From an uncultured virus (IMG/VR IMGVR_UViG_3300036945_000802) (lineage: Duplodnaviria; Heunggongvirae; Uroviricota; Caudoviricetes): DNA of 64,000 nucleotides. Shown here piece after piece: positions 47,346 to 56,371 of this stretch. Positions within the stretch are counted from its first letter, which is position 1. Every line of letters begins with the position of its first letter. The position numbers and the translations under genes are program-made. Under the pieces are notes generated by a model. That model saw nothing but the letters and a program-made list of their open reading frames with translations, ran no database searches and had not been told where the DNA came from. The stretch lies in the IMG/VR virus record IMGVR_UViG_3300036945_000802; one strand, written 5' to 3'.

Positions 47346-48692
47346 ATGACTTGGGGAATTTTTAAGAAAGACTCAGTTTCAGAAGCTTATGCTAAAATGA
47401 AAGCTGAAGAACTAAAAGGCAAACAACATAAACTAGACGTTAATAAAAACGGTAAAGTTGATGGTGATGATCTTGCTAAACTGCGTTCACAAAAAGAAGA
47501 AGTTGAAGCAGTCGAAGAAGGTTGGGACGACATGGTTAAATATGTCAAAGACAAAAATGGTCCACAACCAAACGGTGGTGCAGGTAAAAAACAAGGCACA
47601 CGTTATGGCGGCCAGAAACAAAAAGAAGATGAGTCTGATAAGCGTAAAGAAAAGAACGAATCAGTTGAATTAGAACAGTTTGACGACGAAGCTTTCTATG
47701 ATGGTTCAGATATGTTAGGCGAAGCACAAGCTCGTTATAGCCAATCATATCAGTTTACACACAAACCAGGTGATGAAGAGTCAGAGAAGAAATTATCTGA
47801 TTTGAAAAAATCTGTTAAAGGTACTGGTAAGCGTGTTGTTCTACAAGGTCGTTTAGGCAAGAACAATCCTAACGCGCATAAGTATTCTAAGAATGCACCA
47901 CAAGGTACATATGCTAATGGTAAACGTACTAACAGCGATGTCTCTGGTAAATCAGGTGCACATACACATCAGCGTATTCAAAAAGCAGATGCTGCACATC
48001 ATGACGTTTATGTTTATGATAAGTCAGATGTACAACATGATGCTAATACAATGATTAGTGAATTAGATATTTTTTCTAGCAAAGAAATCGACATGCTTAT
48101 CAATGAAGTATTGTCAAAAGATGCATCTGCTGGTGAATGGATCTCTGATTTTGTCAAGTCAGATAATCCAAAATTTGCTGGCAAATCAACTGAGCAACGT
48201 AAGAAGCAAGCATTAGGTGCTTATTACGCAGCACAACGTAATGAATCGACTGACTATGAATCATTCTTAGTTTTAGATGAAGCGACACAAGGTGACATCG
48301 TAAAGATGGGAGCCAAAGAAATTAAACATGCAAACATGAAGGATAAACAAAATGATCAAGAAGTTATGGAACCTCATTCTGGGACAGAAGCCAAGTTCAT
48401 CGACAGCCACATCATCAGAGTCGAAGACGACGCAACAAGAGACAAGCAAGATGGAGGAGCCAGCAAACTTGGAAAAGCAAGTGAGCCAGCAGGAAAAGGT
48501 CCAGGAAGCTACAACGCCAAAGAAAAGCTCGGCGACCAAAAAACCGGCGTTAAAGAAGAAGTCTACAAAACCGCAGCCGGCGAAGAAATCGACACCGAGC
48601 CAGCAGAAAAGAAAGCCGACGACAAGAAAAAGTTCGGCAGCTTCAAAGCAAGCATGAACAAAGAAGCTAGCGACTGCAAATCTAAGCAGTAA
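47346..48692 (+). CDS. Multi-module putative internal head polyprotein
   Basis: DVNKNGKVDGDD EF-hand-like loop, DFVKSDNPKFAGKS module, xLxE linkers; AATAAATA upstream. Confidence 0.6.
   Translation: MTWGIFKKDSVSEAYAKMKAEELKGKQHKLDVNKNGKVDGDDLAKLRSQKEEVEAVEEGWDDMVKYVKDKNGPQPNGGAGKKQGTRYGGQKQKEDESDKRKEKNESVELEQFDDEAFYDGSDMLGEAQARYSQSYQFTHKPGDEESEKKLSDLKKSVKGTGKRVVLQGRLGKNNPNAHKYSKNAPQGTYANGKRTNSDVSGKSGAHTHQRIQKADAAHHDVYVYDKSDVQHDANTMISELDIFSSKEIDMLINEVLSKDASAGEWISDFVKSDNPKFAGKSTEQRKKQALGAYYAAQRNESTDYESFLVLDEATQGDIVKMGAKEIKHANMKDKQNDQEVMEPHSGTEAKFIDSHIIRVEDDATRDKQDGGASKLGKASEPAGKGPGSYNAKEKLGDQKTGVKEEVYKTAAGEEIDTEPAEKKADDKKKFGSFKASMNKEASDCKSKQ
48352..48657 (+). CDS. Candidate overprinted Lys/Ser/Thr-rich protein in the +1 frame
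   Basis: AAGGA SD, local T depletion, MIKKLWNLILG N-terminus. Confidence 0.4.
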   Translation: MIKKLWNLILGQKPSSSTATSSESKTTQQETSKMEEPANLEKQVSQQEKVQEATTPKKSSATKKPALKKKSTKPQPAKKSTPSQQKRKPTTRKSSAASKQA

Positions 48693-48706
48693 TTAGTTGT
48701 AATAAA

Positions 48707-48733
48707 TAATAGGGAGAAGTCTCCCTATTATTA
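48707..48733 (+). terminator. Hairpin
   Basis: TAATAGGGAG-AAGT-CTCCCTATTA. Confidence 0.55.
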
Positions 48734-48750
48734 CTTTGTCATAGGATATT

Positions 48751-49119
48751 ATGAATAGCTTTGAGAAGTTAACGAACAAGAACTTTACTTTGTTCGCAGC
48801 CAAGAATTATACAAACCCACAGTGCATGACAACTGAGGAGTTTGAAGAGGACTTGCAAAAGTTCAAGTATGTCAAGCGACTATTCAATCGTTACGAAACA
48901 ACGGGTGAATTAAGTGAACGTCTGATTTTAAACCATTTGATTGTAATATATAATGTGTTTGGTATTAAAGCAGCAAACCATATGATGTTTCATAAAATTG
49001 ACAAACAGAACTGGCCTTTATTAAAGACGTTCTTAGTCTACTTGAATTATTTGCCAGAAGATCAATTTGTAGAAATACCTTTAGACCTTAAAGTCATTCA
49101 GGTATTGAGGAAGATTTAA
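48751..49119 (+). CDS. Conserved hypothetical protein of T4-like phages
   Basis: YTNPQC..EEFEEDL..FKYVKRL...ERLILNHLIVIYNVFG. Confidence 0.75.
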   Translation: MNSFEKLTNKNFTLFAAKNYTNPQCMTTEEFEEDLQKFKYVKRLFNRYETTGELSERLILNHLIVIYNVFGIKAANHMMFHKIDKQNWPLLKTFLVYLNYLPEDQFVEIPLDLKVIQVLRKI

Positions 49120-49713
49120 ATGGCATTAGTACAACGAGCAGTTGACATTTACTATACATTTAGGTTTCTTCGACAGTTAGTAACTCCATGGAATGAGACA
49201 AAAGCCTATAAGTTAGGTTTAGTGGATGAGAACGGTAAGAAACTTAGAAGTGCTGTAACCACAGAAGAAAAAGATGCTTATACATTATTCTTTAGATTAG
49301 TGTATAACATGAAAAGATTATTAAACAAAGCTCCATTTGGTAAGACTAAGCTAGCATCATATGCTGCTGCACTTTGGTTAATCAAAGAGAATACAAACAT
49401 GAGTAGTGATGCGATCTATGAAGGCTTTAAACAGTATGTCAAAGATCAGAACATCGAATTAGATAATACACTATCTGAGTCAAAAACTTGGATGGTTAAG
49501 GAAGGTAATTTACTTCCAGGAAAGTATAAGTTGGCAGAGCATTGTGTCTCTTCCATAACAGGTGAACCGGTTGCTTTTAAAGGTTCATTGATTATGGTAA
49601 ATGAGATGAGCTGTATGCCATGTGGAAAAGTTGGAGATGTGAGCGTGTATTCAGTATATCATCCATCCTCAAAACAACACATATACATAACGTTAGAAGA
49701 CATCTACAGATAA
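49120..49713 (+). CDS. Conserved hypothetical protein
   Basis: TPWNETKAYKLGLVDENG and LASYAAALWLIKE. Confidence 0.72.
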   Translation: MALVQRAVDIYYTFRFLRQLVTPWNETKAYKLGLVDENGKKLRSAVTTEEKDAYTLFFRLVYNMKRLLNKAPFGKTKLASYAAALWLIKENTNMSSDAIYEGFKQYVKDQNIELDNTLSESKTWMVKEGNLLPGKYKLAEHCVSSITGEPVAFKGSLIMVNEMSCMPCGKVGDVSVYSVYHPSSKQHIYITLEDIYR

Positions 49714-49722
49714 GAATAAGAA

Positions 49723-51390
49723 ATGCCAATCAATCCATCTCTACAACGTAAGCTCGATTCAATGAAACAAGAAGTGCAGAAGATTCGTGATACTCACAAG
49801 TCTACTCAAGCAGCCATGTCTGATAAAACTGCAAATGATATTGAAGCGTTGAATAATAAACGTGCACAAGTTTTAGATGCTGAAAAGAAACGTCTCGCTA
49901 ATATGCAAAATCAATCAGAACAGTTTGATGCTACTGAATTAGTACAAGCTATGGTCAGTGAAGCTTATGCAAGCGGTGGATTTGATTATGAGAAGCAAGT
50001 AAACGATAAACTTAAGAAGCATGGTAAAGCAGATCCAGATTCTACAACTGCTGGATCAAGCGGTGATGCACCTGATGCTAAGTTCAAACATGGTGGTCAA
50101 GAACACAACTTAGAAGTTAAGAAAGACCACAAGGCTATGTTCGGTCAAATCGAACTAAAGCATGATGGTAAAAAATGGGGTATCTCTGATCGTTCAAGAG
50201 CAAAATATCCTGAGACTGCTAAATCAATCGAAGCTACTGGTTTCTTGCATAAAGTAAACAAACAGTGGGACAAACCAACTGGTGATTATGAATCTGACTT
50301 ACAAAAAGGTAACGTCTATCATACGCACTCAGATGCAGAACCAATTAAAGCACACTACGGTAAAGATCGCAAGACAGATTATATTCAAATTGGCGGTGGT
50401 CATGGATTCTACCACACTGGTGATGATAAAGCAAAATTGGGTTCACCTGAATTAGAAGGTAAAACACAACTACGTGCACGCATGAAAGCACGTGGAAGAG
50501 ATGCTGATGGTAAGCGCACATACGGTGCACTGATTGTTATGGGTTTAAAAGATGCACAAAAATCTCATCACGACTTAGACGCTGCAGTCCAAAAAGAATG
50601 GATTGAAGACGTATTAAAAGGACACAAAGAATTTATGCTTGAATCTAAATTAGATGAAGCTCGTGGTACTGCCGATAAACATTGGGATATTGCACAAAAC
50701 CACAAAGAGAAAGCATCTTTATCTACTAAAGGCACTGAGAAATATCACTCTCATATGGCTGACTATCACGATTCAATGCATCGTTATCATTCAGAGATTG
50801 GTCAATCATCTCATGCTAGTGCTCATGCTGATAAAGCAGAGATTCACCATGAGAAAGCGTATGAAGCAATGCAAAGCGTTAAAGAAGCACACAAGATTGG
50901 TGACAAAGTAGAGATCATTAAAGGATCTGATAAAGGAATTCAAGGTAGAATCGGTGAGATTCGCCATGGTGCCTACAAAGGTGCACCTAAAACATTCACT
51001 GTTTTCCACGGTGAAAAAGATGCAACACAAGTTAAGAAGACACACATCAAAGGTCTTAAAGAAGAAGCTGATTATATTACAGAAGAAACTGAATGTTTCT
51101 CTCATGGTTTCTGGTCAGGTCAACAAGAAGAACCTAAGAAAAATCCATACGAAGCTGGTACAGAAGACCACACAGAATATGAGAATGGTTACATGCAAGG
51201 TGTGATGACACGTCGTCGCATACAAGAAGAAGGTGAAGGCGGTGTACCAGCTAATAATGCTGGAGATGGTAAAGTTGCTGGATTTGCAGGTGATGCAGGT
51301 AAAAAGGTTAAGATGACTAGCGAACCATTAAAACGTAAACCGATGCCAAAGTTTAAGAATTATGTATCACAAGAACATGAGGATATCTAA
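49723..51390 (+). CDS. Multi-module polyprotein with PD-(D/E)xK-like, His-rich, KOW-like and RMF-like modules
   Basis: YE...APDA...LEVK; KIGDKVEIIKG..KG..G; G..NPY...Y.NGY..G; MVSE/FMLE/LDE/VKE/LKE/ITE/IQE linkers. Confidence 0.6.
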   Translation: MPINPSLQRKLDSMKQEVQKIRDTHKSTQAAMSDKTANDIEALNNKRAQVLDAEKKRLANMQNQSEQFDATELVQAMVSEAYASGGFDYEKQVNDKLKKHGKADPDSTTAGSSGDAPDAKFKHGGQEHNLEVKKDHKAMFGQIELKHDGKKWGISDRSRAKYPETAKSIEATGFLHKVNKQWDKPTGDYESDLQKGNVYHTHSDAEPIKAHYGKDRKTDYIQIGGGHGFYHTGDDKAKLGSPELEGKTQLRARMKARGRDADGKRTYGALIVMGLKDAQKSHHDLDAAVQKEWIEDVLKGHKEFMLESKLDEARGTADKHWDIAQNHKEKASLSTKGTEKYHSHMADYHDSMHRYHSEIGQSSHASAHADKAEIHHEKAYEAMQSVKEAHKIGDKVEIIKGSDKGIQGRIGEIRHGAYKGAPKTFTVFHGEKDATQVKKTHIKGLKEEADYITEETECFSHGFWSGQQEEPKKNPYEAGTEDHTEYENGYMQGVMTRRRIQEEGEGGVPANNAGDGKVAGFAGDAGKKVKMTSEPLKRKPMPKFKNYVSQEHEDI

Positions 51391-52652
51391 TGTTACCTAA
51401 GTATCAAAAAATTAAATTTACTACCGGTGATAAAATCACCGAGAGTTTAGGTGACAGACCGTTTACAGTTGAATCTGCAAAAGGCTATGGCCTAAAATTA
51501 AAGGTTGACAACAACACTATTGATGTTGGCACTGATGGTCATATTGCTTTAGATGCTGCTGCGCAAATCGATTTTGGTGGAGAAGGTCCATACATCAGAT
51601 TAGAAGATGGAGATCTTGTTGTCTCTGGAAATGCAAATGCAGTAATCGTTAGATCTGGTAATTTAGACTATGAATTTGGTACAGATGGTGTACTTACATT
51701 ACCAGAAGGCGGATCTATTGTAGATTCTAACGGAGATCCAATAACTGGTGGTCAAGGTGGCGTAAGCGGTGATCCACGATTAACTATTCATGGTTATTTA
51801 GATGGTGTTACTGTACCAGGCACTGCGCAGAATTATGTAACGTTTACTACTGGAGATGTAGCTCCTACTGGTTTATATTTGACTAGATATGAAAGCGCAG
51901 ATACACGAGCTTTCTTTGCATTACAAGAAGGTCCACAATGGACTGCAAGTCAAACTGAATATTCAGAGGCTATGTTAGCAGCTGGACATTTTGGACCAGC
52001 TGCTGAATACGCTAATGCATTAGGTGTTAATATATTAGATGCACCTTGGGGCGGATACCAACTTCAACCAAATACAACATACACGATGTGGATTCAACAG
52101 ATCAATGCTATCTGTGAATATGCTTTTTCTACATCTGTTAATGACAATGGTTTTAATGCACCAATTACATACTCAAGCGCTAAACTTTCTCCAACTCAAA
52201 TAAGTTTTTATGATGTTGTTGGAACTGGTCCAGCTGTTCTATCAGAGAATTCATACCTTAGCAATACTACATTACAAGGTAATACAACAGTAGGTCCTCT
52301 TTTAGAAACACTTAGAAAAAAGAGTGGTGCAGGTTTAACAGTTGTACATGACTTTAAAACTACATCAACATGGTATCATGTAATGATATCACAAAACTTT
52401 ACACCTAACTTTACGAATCTGCCAACAGAAAACGATAGAGTTATTGAATGTAAATTGATTCTTAATCAAGGTGCTACTCCATATATTCCAAATGCAATTA
52501 AGATTTCTGGAACAGATACAACAGTTAATTGGTTAGGATCAACATTACCAAGCGGTACTGCTAACAAAAAAGATTTAGTTACATTTACATTTGTCCGCAC
52601 AGGTTCAGTTTGGATTGTGTTAGGTAAATTAGAAACGTATGGTTCTGCATAA
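51390..52652 (+). CDS. Putative tail fibre / virion structural protein
   Basis: FGTDGVLTLPEG fibre-like segment; C-terminal WLGSTLPSGTANKKDLVTF domain. Confidence 0.6.
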   Translation: MLPKYQKIKFTTGDKITESLGDRPFTVESAKGYGLKLKVDNNTIDVGTDGHIALDAAAQIDFGGEGPYIRLEDGDLVVSGNANAVIVRSGNLDYEFGTDGVLTLPEGGSIVDSNGDPITGGQGGVSGDPRLTIHGYLDGVTVPGTAQNYVTFTTGDVAPTGLYLTRYESADTRAFFALQEGPQWTASQTEYSEAMLAAGHFGPAAEYANALGVNILDAPWGGYQLQPNTTYTMWIQQINAICEYAFSTSVNDNGFNAPITYSSAKLSPTQISFYDVVGTGPAVLSENSYLSNTTLQGNTTVGPLLETLRKKSGAGLTVVHDFKTTSTWYHVMISQNFTPNFTNLPTENDRVIECKLILNQGATPYIPNAIKISGTDTTVNWLGSTLPSGTANKKDLVTFTFVRTGSVWIVLGKLETYGSA

Positions 52653-53251
52653 TGTGGTTCATCACTTCATTTCTCCCTGACTGGTTCATCACTTATTTTG
52701 TACACATCGTACTAATAGTTGGTTTAGTAACTACGTTCGCAAGCAGTATAGTATCAAAGCTTCCTGTTATAAGTAACTATGGAAGATTGGTAAAGCCAAT
52801 CGGCATGGTAATCTTTGCTCTTGGCATATACTTAGAAGGCGGATTGGTTACAGAACTCGCATGGCGTTCTAAGGTTGCAGAGTTCGAAGAAAAAGTAAAA
52901 GTTGCAGAGGCTAAGTCAGCTGAAGCTAACACAAAGATCGAGACTAAAGTAGTCACGAAGATTCAAGTGATTAAGGAAAACACAGATGAAAACAAAGCAG
53001 CGATTAGTAAATACGTTACTGATACTTGCCAGCTGTCTAATGCTGCAGTCATGCTCCACGACAGTGCCAGTCAAAATGAAGTTCCCGGAAGCACCATCAG
53101 TACTGTTAGAGGAACCTCAGAAGTTAAAGTGCCTGAACTGCTCACAGTAGTTACAGAAAACTACGGAGCTTGTTATGAATCGATTGAAAAATTAAAAGCT
53201 TGGCAAGAATGGTACAAAACGCAGAAGAAAATATTTGAGGATGTAAAATGA
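52652..53251 (+). CDS. Membrane-anchored coiled-coil protein, inner-spanin-like
   Basis: Two N-terminal TM segments, a coiled coil and C-terminal Cys residues. Confidence 0.5.
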   Translation: MWFITSFLPDWFITYFVHIVLIVGLVTTFASSIVSKLPVISNYGRLVKPIGMVIFALGIYLEGGLVTELAWRSKVAEFEEKVKVAEAKSAEANTKIETKVVTKIQVIKENTDENKAAISKYVTDTCQLSNAAVMLHDSASQNEVPGSTISTVRGTSEVKVPELLTVVTENYGACYESIEKLKAWQEWYKTQKKIFEDVK

Positions 53252-53640
53252 AAAAGATTGCATTAACACTTTTAGTTATGGCATTAAGTGGTTGTACAGT
53301 GTTTGATGCATACTTCATGGCACATTACGACAATCAAGAATATTATTTGATAAATAAGATACGCACTAAAGCACAAGTAGCACAGCGATCATGTGATACT
53401 CCTGTTGCGCTTAAGTCTGAAATCAAAGAAATAGTAAATACATCTTTAGAGTTTAAAAACTTTACTCAATACATACCACGTAATCCAGAGGCATTTAAAA
53501 TGGCTGGTCAGATGGTAGAATTGTCAGAACAAATAAAATTTGATGATAAGACATCACCAATATTTTGTAAGATGAAGCTTCAGCAAGTCGAAAGAAACGC
53601 TGAGAAAATTCAAACAGTCCTAGGGAGCAAGCCACGATGA
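53248..53640 (+). CDS. Lipoprotein (possible outer spanin)
   Basis: MKKIALTLLVMALSGC lipobox. Confidence 0.65.
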   Translation: MKKIALTLLVMALSGCTVFDAYFMAHYDNQEYYLINKIRTKAQVAQRSCDTPVALKSEIKEIVNTSLEFKNFTQYIPRNPEAFKMAGQMVELSEQIKFDDKTSPIFCKMKLQQVERNAEKIQTVLGSKPR

Positions 53641-53843
53641 TTGCAACACAAGTACAAGCATACTATGCAGAATACACTGCAGCATACGAGAGCGGTCAAA
53701 TCTCTAAGGAAGAATACGTTAGTCTGCTACAAGGGCTAGAAGTAGAACAAGCGGTCGCAACGACTGCGGATGAATTACAATTGAAAGAGCAACTAAACGT
53801 TGCTATTAATGCAGCAATTTCTGTTGCATCTGCTCTAGCCTAA
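53637..53843 (+). CDS. Hypothetical protein
   Basis: ATGA overlap, GGAG SD. Confidence 0.6.
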   Translation: MIATQVQAYYAEYTAAYESGQISKEEYVSLLQGLEVEQAVATTADELQLKEQLNVAINAAISVASALA

Positions 53844-53861
53844 TAATAAACACTTTACCTA

Positions 53862-53890
53862 TGTACATGCTTCATTGCATGTGGTATAAT
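53862..53890 (+). promoter_or_regulatory. Early/middle promoter for nrdA
   Basis: TGTACA-N17-TATAAT with TGTGG. Confidence 0.82.
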
Positions 53891-53921
53891 ATACTTCTGA
53901 ATTTCGGAATCTTATAATAAT

Positions 53922-56222
53922 ATGCAAAATATAAATGTAGTAAAACGCGACGGTAAACAAGAATACTTCGATGTAAACAAAATCCACAAGGTTTTGGAAT
54001 GGGCAACAGAAAGTATTAATGGTGTTTCGATCAGTGAGATCGAGCTAAAGGCAAACATTCAAATCAACGACGGCATGAAGACCGATGACATCCACGAGTT
54101 GCTCATCAAGTCTGCTGCAGAATTAATCTCTGAACATACACCAAACTATCAGTATGTTGCCGCTCGTCTAGTCAACTATAAAATACGTAAACAAGTCTAT
54201 GGTGAATACAAACCATGGTCATTGCATACAGTAGTCATTCAAAACATCATGCGTGGTATGTATGATGGACAAATTTTAAATGAATACGATGAGTATGAAT
54301 TCGATCAGTTAGACAAACACATTAAGCACGAACGTGACAATGAGTTTACGTATGTAGGCATGGAACAATTTCGTGGCAAGTACTTAGTACAAGATAGAAT
54401 TACTAAAGTACCATATGAGACACCACAGATTCTGTACATGTTGATTGCGATGAACCTCTTTATGCAATATCCTAAAGAGACTCGCATGAAATACGTAAAG
54501 GAATATTACGATGCAGTATCTCAATTTTATATTAGCCTTCCTACCCCAATCATGGCTGGCCTTCGCACTCCTACTCGCCAGTTTAGTAGCTGTGTCCTTA
54601 TTGAGTCAGATGATTCTTTGGACTCCATCAATGCGACGTCGACTTCCATTGTCCGTTACATTTCTAAAAAGGCTGGGATTGGCATCGGCGCTGGTAGCAT
54701 TCGTGCTATTGGTAGTCGTATTGGTGACGGTTCAGTTATTCACACTGGCCTCATTCCCTTTCTAAAGTATTTTCAAGCAGCAGTTAAATCATGTTCACAA
54801 GGTGGTGTTCGTGGTGGTGCTGCAACGGTTTATCTTCCTATTTGGCATCTTGAGTTTGAGAACCTTATTGTATTAAAGAACAATAAAGGTACAGAAGAAA
54901 CTCGTGTACGTCATATGGATTATTGTTTCCAGTTTAACAAACTAATGTATGAACGTCTGTTAACTGGCGGCAACATCACATTGTTTTCACCTGACGAAGT
55001 ACCTGATTTGTATGAAGCATTCTATGCAGATCAAGATAAGTTTAAAGAGTTATACGTTGCTTATGAAGCAAACGATAGTATCCGCAAGAAGACGCTTTCT
55101 GCTATGGAAGTATTCACTCAATACATGAGTGAGCGCAAGGATACAGGTAGAATTTACTTAATGAACGTAGATCATGCGAATAGCCATGGTGCATTTATAC
55201 CTGAGCAAGCACCTATTCGTATGTCAAATCTATGTTGCGAAATCGATTTACCAACTAAACCTTTAACTTCAGCGGAGGATCAAAATGGAGAGATCAGTTT
55301 GTGCACTTTGTCGGCCATCAACTGGGGACTCATCAACGAGCCAAAAGAATTCGAAAAGTATTGCGACCTCTCAGTCAGAGCACTCGATGCCTTACTTGAT
55401 TATCAATGGTACCCAGTACCAGCTGCAGAAAGAGGGACGAAAAATCGCCGCCCTCTTGGCAACGGCATCATCAACCTCGCCTACTTCCTCGCAAAACGTG
55501 GACTAAAGTATGACGATGCAGCATTACCTGTGGTTGATGAGTACGCAGAAGCATGGTCATATTACTTGATTAAAGCATCTGTGAACTTAGCAAAAGAAAA
55601 GGGTGCATGTCCTTCGCATACTGAAACAAAGTATTCACGTGGAGAAACTCCAAATAATACATATAAGAAAGAAGTTGATGAACTAGTACCACACGTTGAA
55701 CGTATGGATTGGTTTGATTTACGTCAAGACTTAATTCATTTTGGTATTCGCAACTCTACACTAATGGCTTTGATGCCTGCAGAAACATCTGCACAGATTA
55801 GTAACTCTACTAATGGCATTGAACCACCACGTGCTCTTGTTTCATTTAAGCAATCGAAAGATGGTGTGATGGCTCAAGTTGTACCAGGTTACCACAAGTT
55901 AAAGAATCAATATCATTTGTTGTGGGACCATAAATCTCCTGAAGGTTACCTAAAGATCTGTGCTATCTTGCAGAAGTACATCGATCAAGGTATCTCTGTC
56001 AACACATCATACAATCCTGAGAATTATGAAGACCATAAAGTTTCGATGGCTGATATGATTAAACATATGGTTATGTTCTATAAGTATGGTGGTAAGCAAC
56101 TCTATTACTTTAATACATACGATGGTGCTGGTGAGTTACATGAAAAAGAATTCAAGGAAATTGAAGAACAGTTAGCTCAACCAGTTGATGGTGAAGATGA
56201 CTGTGAATCATGCAAGATATAA
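53922..56222 (+). CDS. nrdA: Ribonucleotide reductase class Ia alpha subunit
   Basis: ATP cone VVKRDG, QFSSCVL, SNLCCEI, LYY and C-terminal CESCKI. Confidence 0.97.
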   Translation: MQNINVVKRDGKQEYFDVNKIHKVLEWATESINGVSISEIELKANIQINDGMKTDDIHELLIKSAAELISEHTPNYQYVAARLVNYKIRKQVYGEYKPWSLHTVVIQNIMRGMYDGQILNEYDEYEFDQLDKHIKHERDNEFTYVGMEQFRGKYLVQDRITKVPYETPQILYMLIAMNLFMQYPKETRMKYVKEYYDAVSQFYISLPTPIMAGLRTPTRQFSSCVLIESDDSLDSINATSTSIVRYISKKAGIGIGAGSIRAIGSRIGDGSVIHTGLIPFLKYFQAAVKSCSQGGVRGGAATVYLPIWHLEFENLIVLKNNKGTEETRVRHMDYCFQFNKLMYERLLTGGNITLFSPDEVPDLYEAFYADQDKFKELYVAYEANDSIRKKTLSAMEVFTQYMSERKDTGRIYLMNVDHANSHGAFIPEQAPIRMSNLCCEIDLPTKPLTSAEDQNGEISLCTLSAINWGLINEPKEFEKYCDLSVRALDALLDYQWYPVPAAERGTKNRRPLGNGIINLAYFLAKRGLKYDDAALPVVDEYAEAWSYYLIKASVNLAKEKGACPSHTETKYSRGETPNNTYKKEVDELVPHVERMDWFDLRQDLIHFGIRNSTLMALMPAETSAQISNSTNGIEPPRALVSFKQSKDGVMAQVVPGYHKLKNQYHLLWDHKSPEGYLKICAILQKYIDQGISVNTSYNPENYEDHKVSMADMIKHMVMFYKYGGKQLYYFNTYDGAGELHEKEFKEIEEQLAQPVDGEDDCESCKI

Positions 56223-56371
56223 AAGAATTAGCAATTAAAAGATATGAGATCTGTTCTTCTTGTCCAAAGAAGACAGATCTTTTAAAGGTTGAACGTTGTA
56301 AAGAGTGTGGTTGTATTATCTTATTAAAGATAATTGTGCCATCGTTTAAGTGTCCGCTAGGGAAATGGTAA
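56210..56371 (+). CDS. Small Cys-rich protein (53 aa)
   Basis: RYEICSSC...CKECGC...KCPLGKW; fills the nrdA-nrdB gap. Confidence 0.65.
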   Translation: MQDIKELAIKRYEICSSCPKKTDLLKVERCKECGCIILLKIIVPSFKCPLGKW

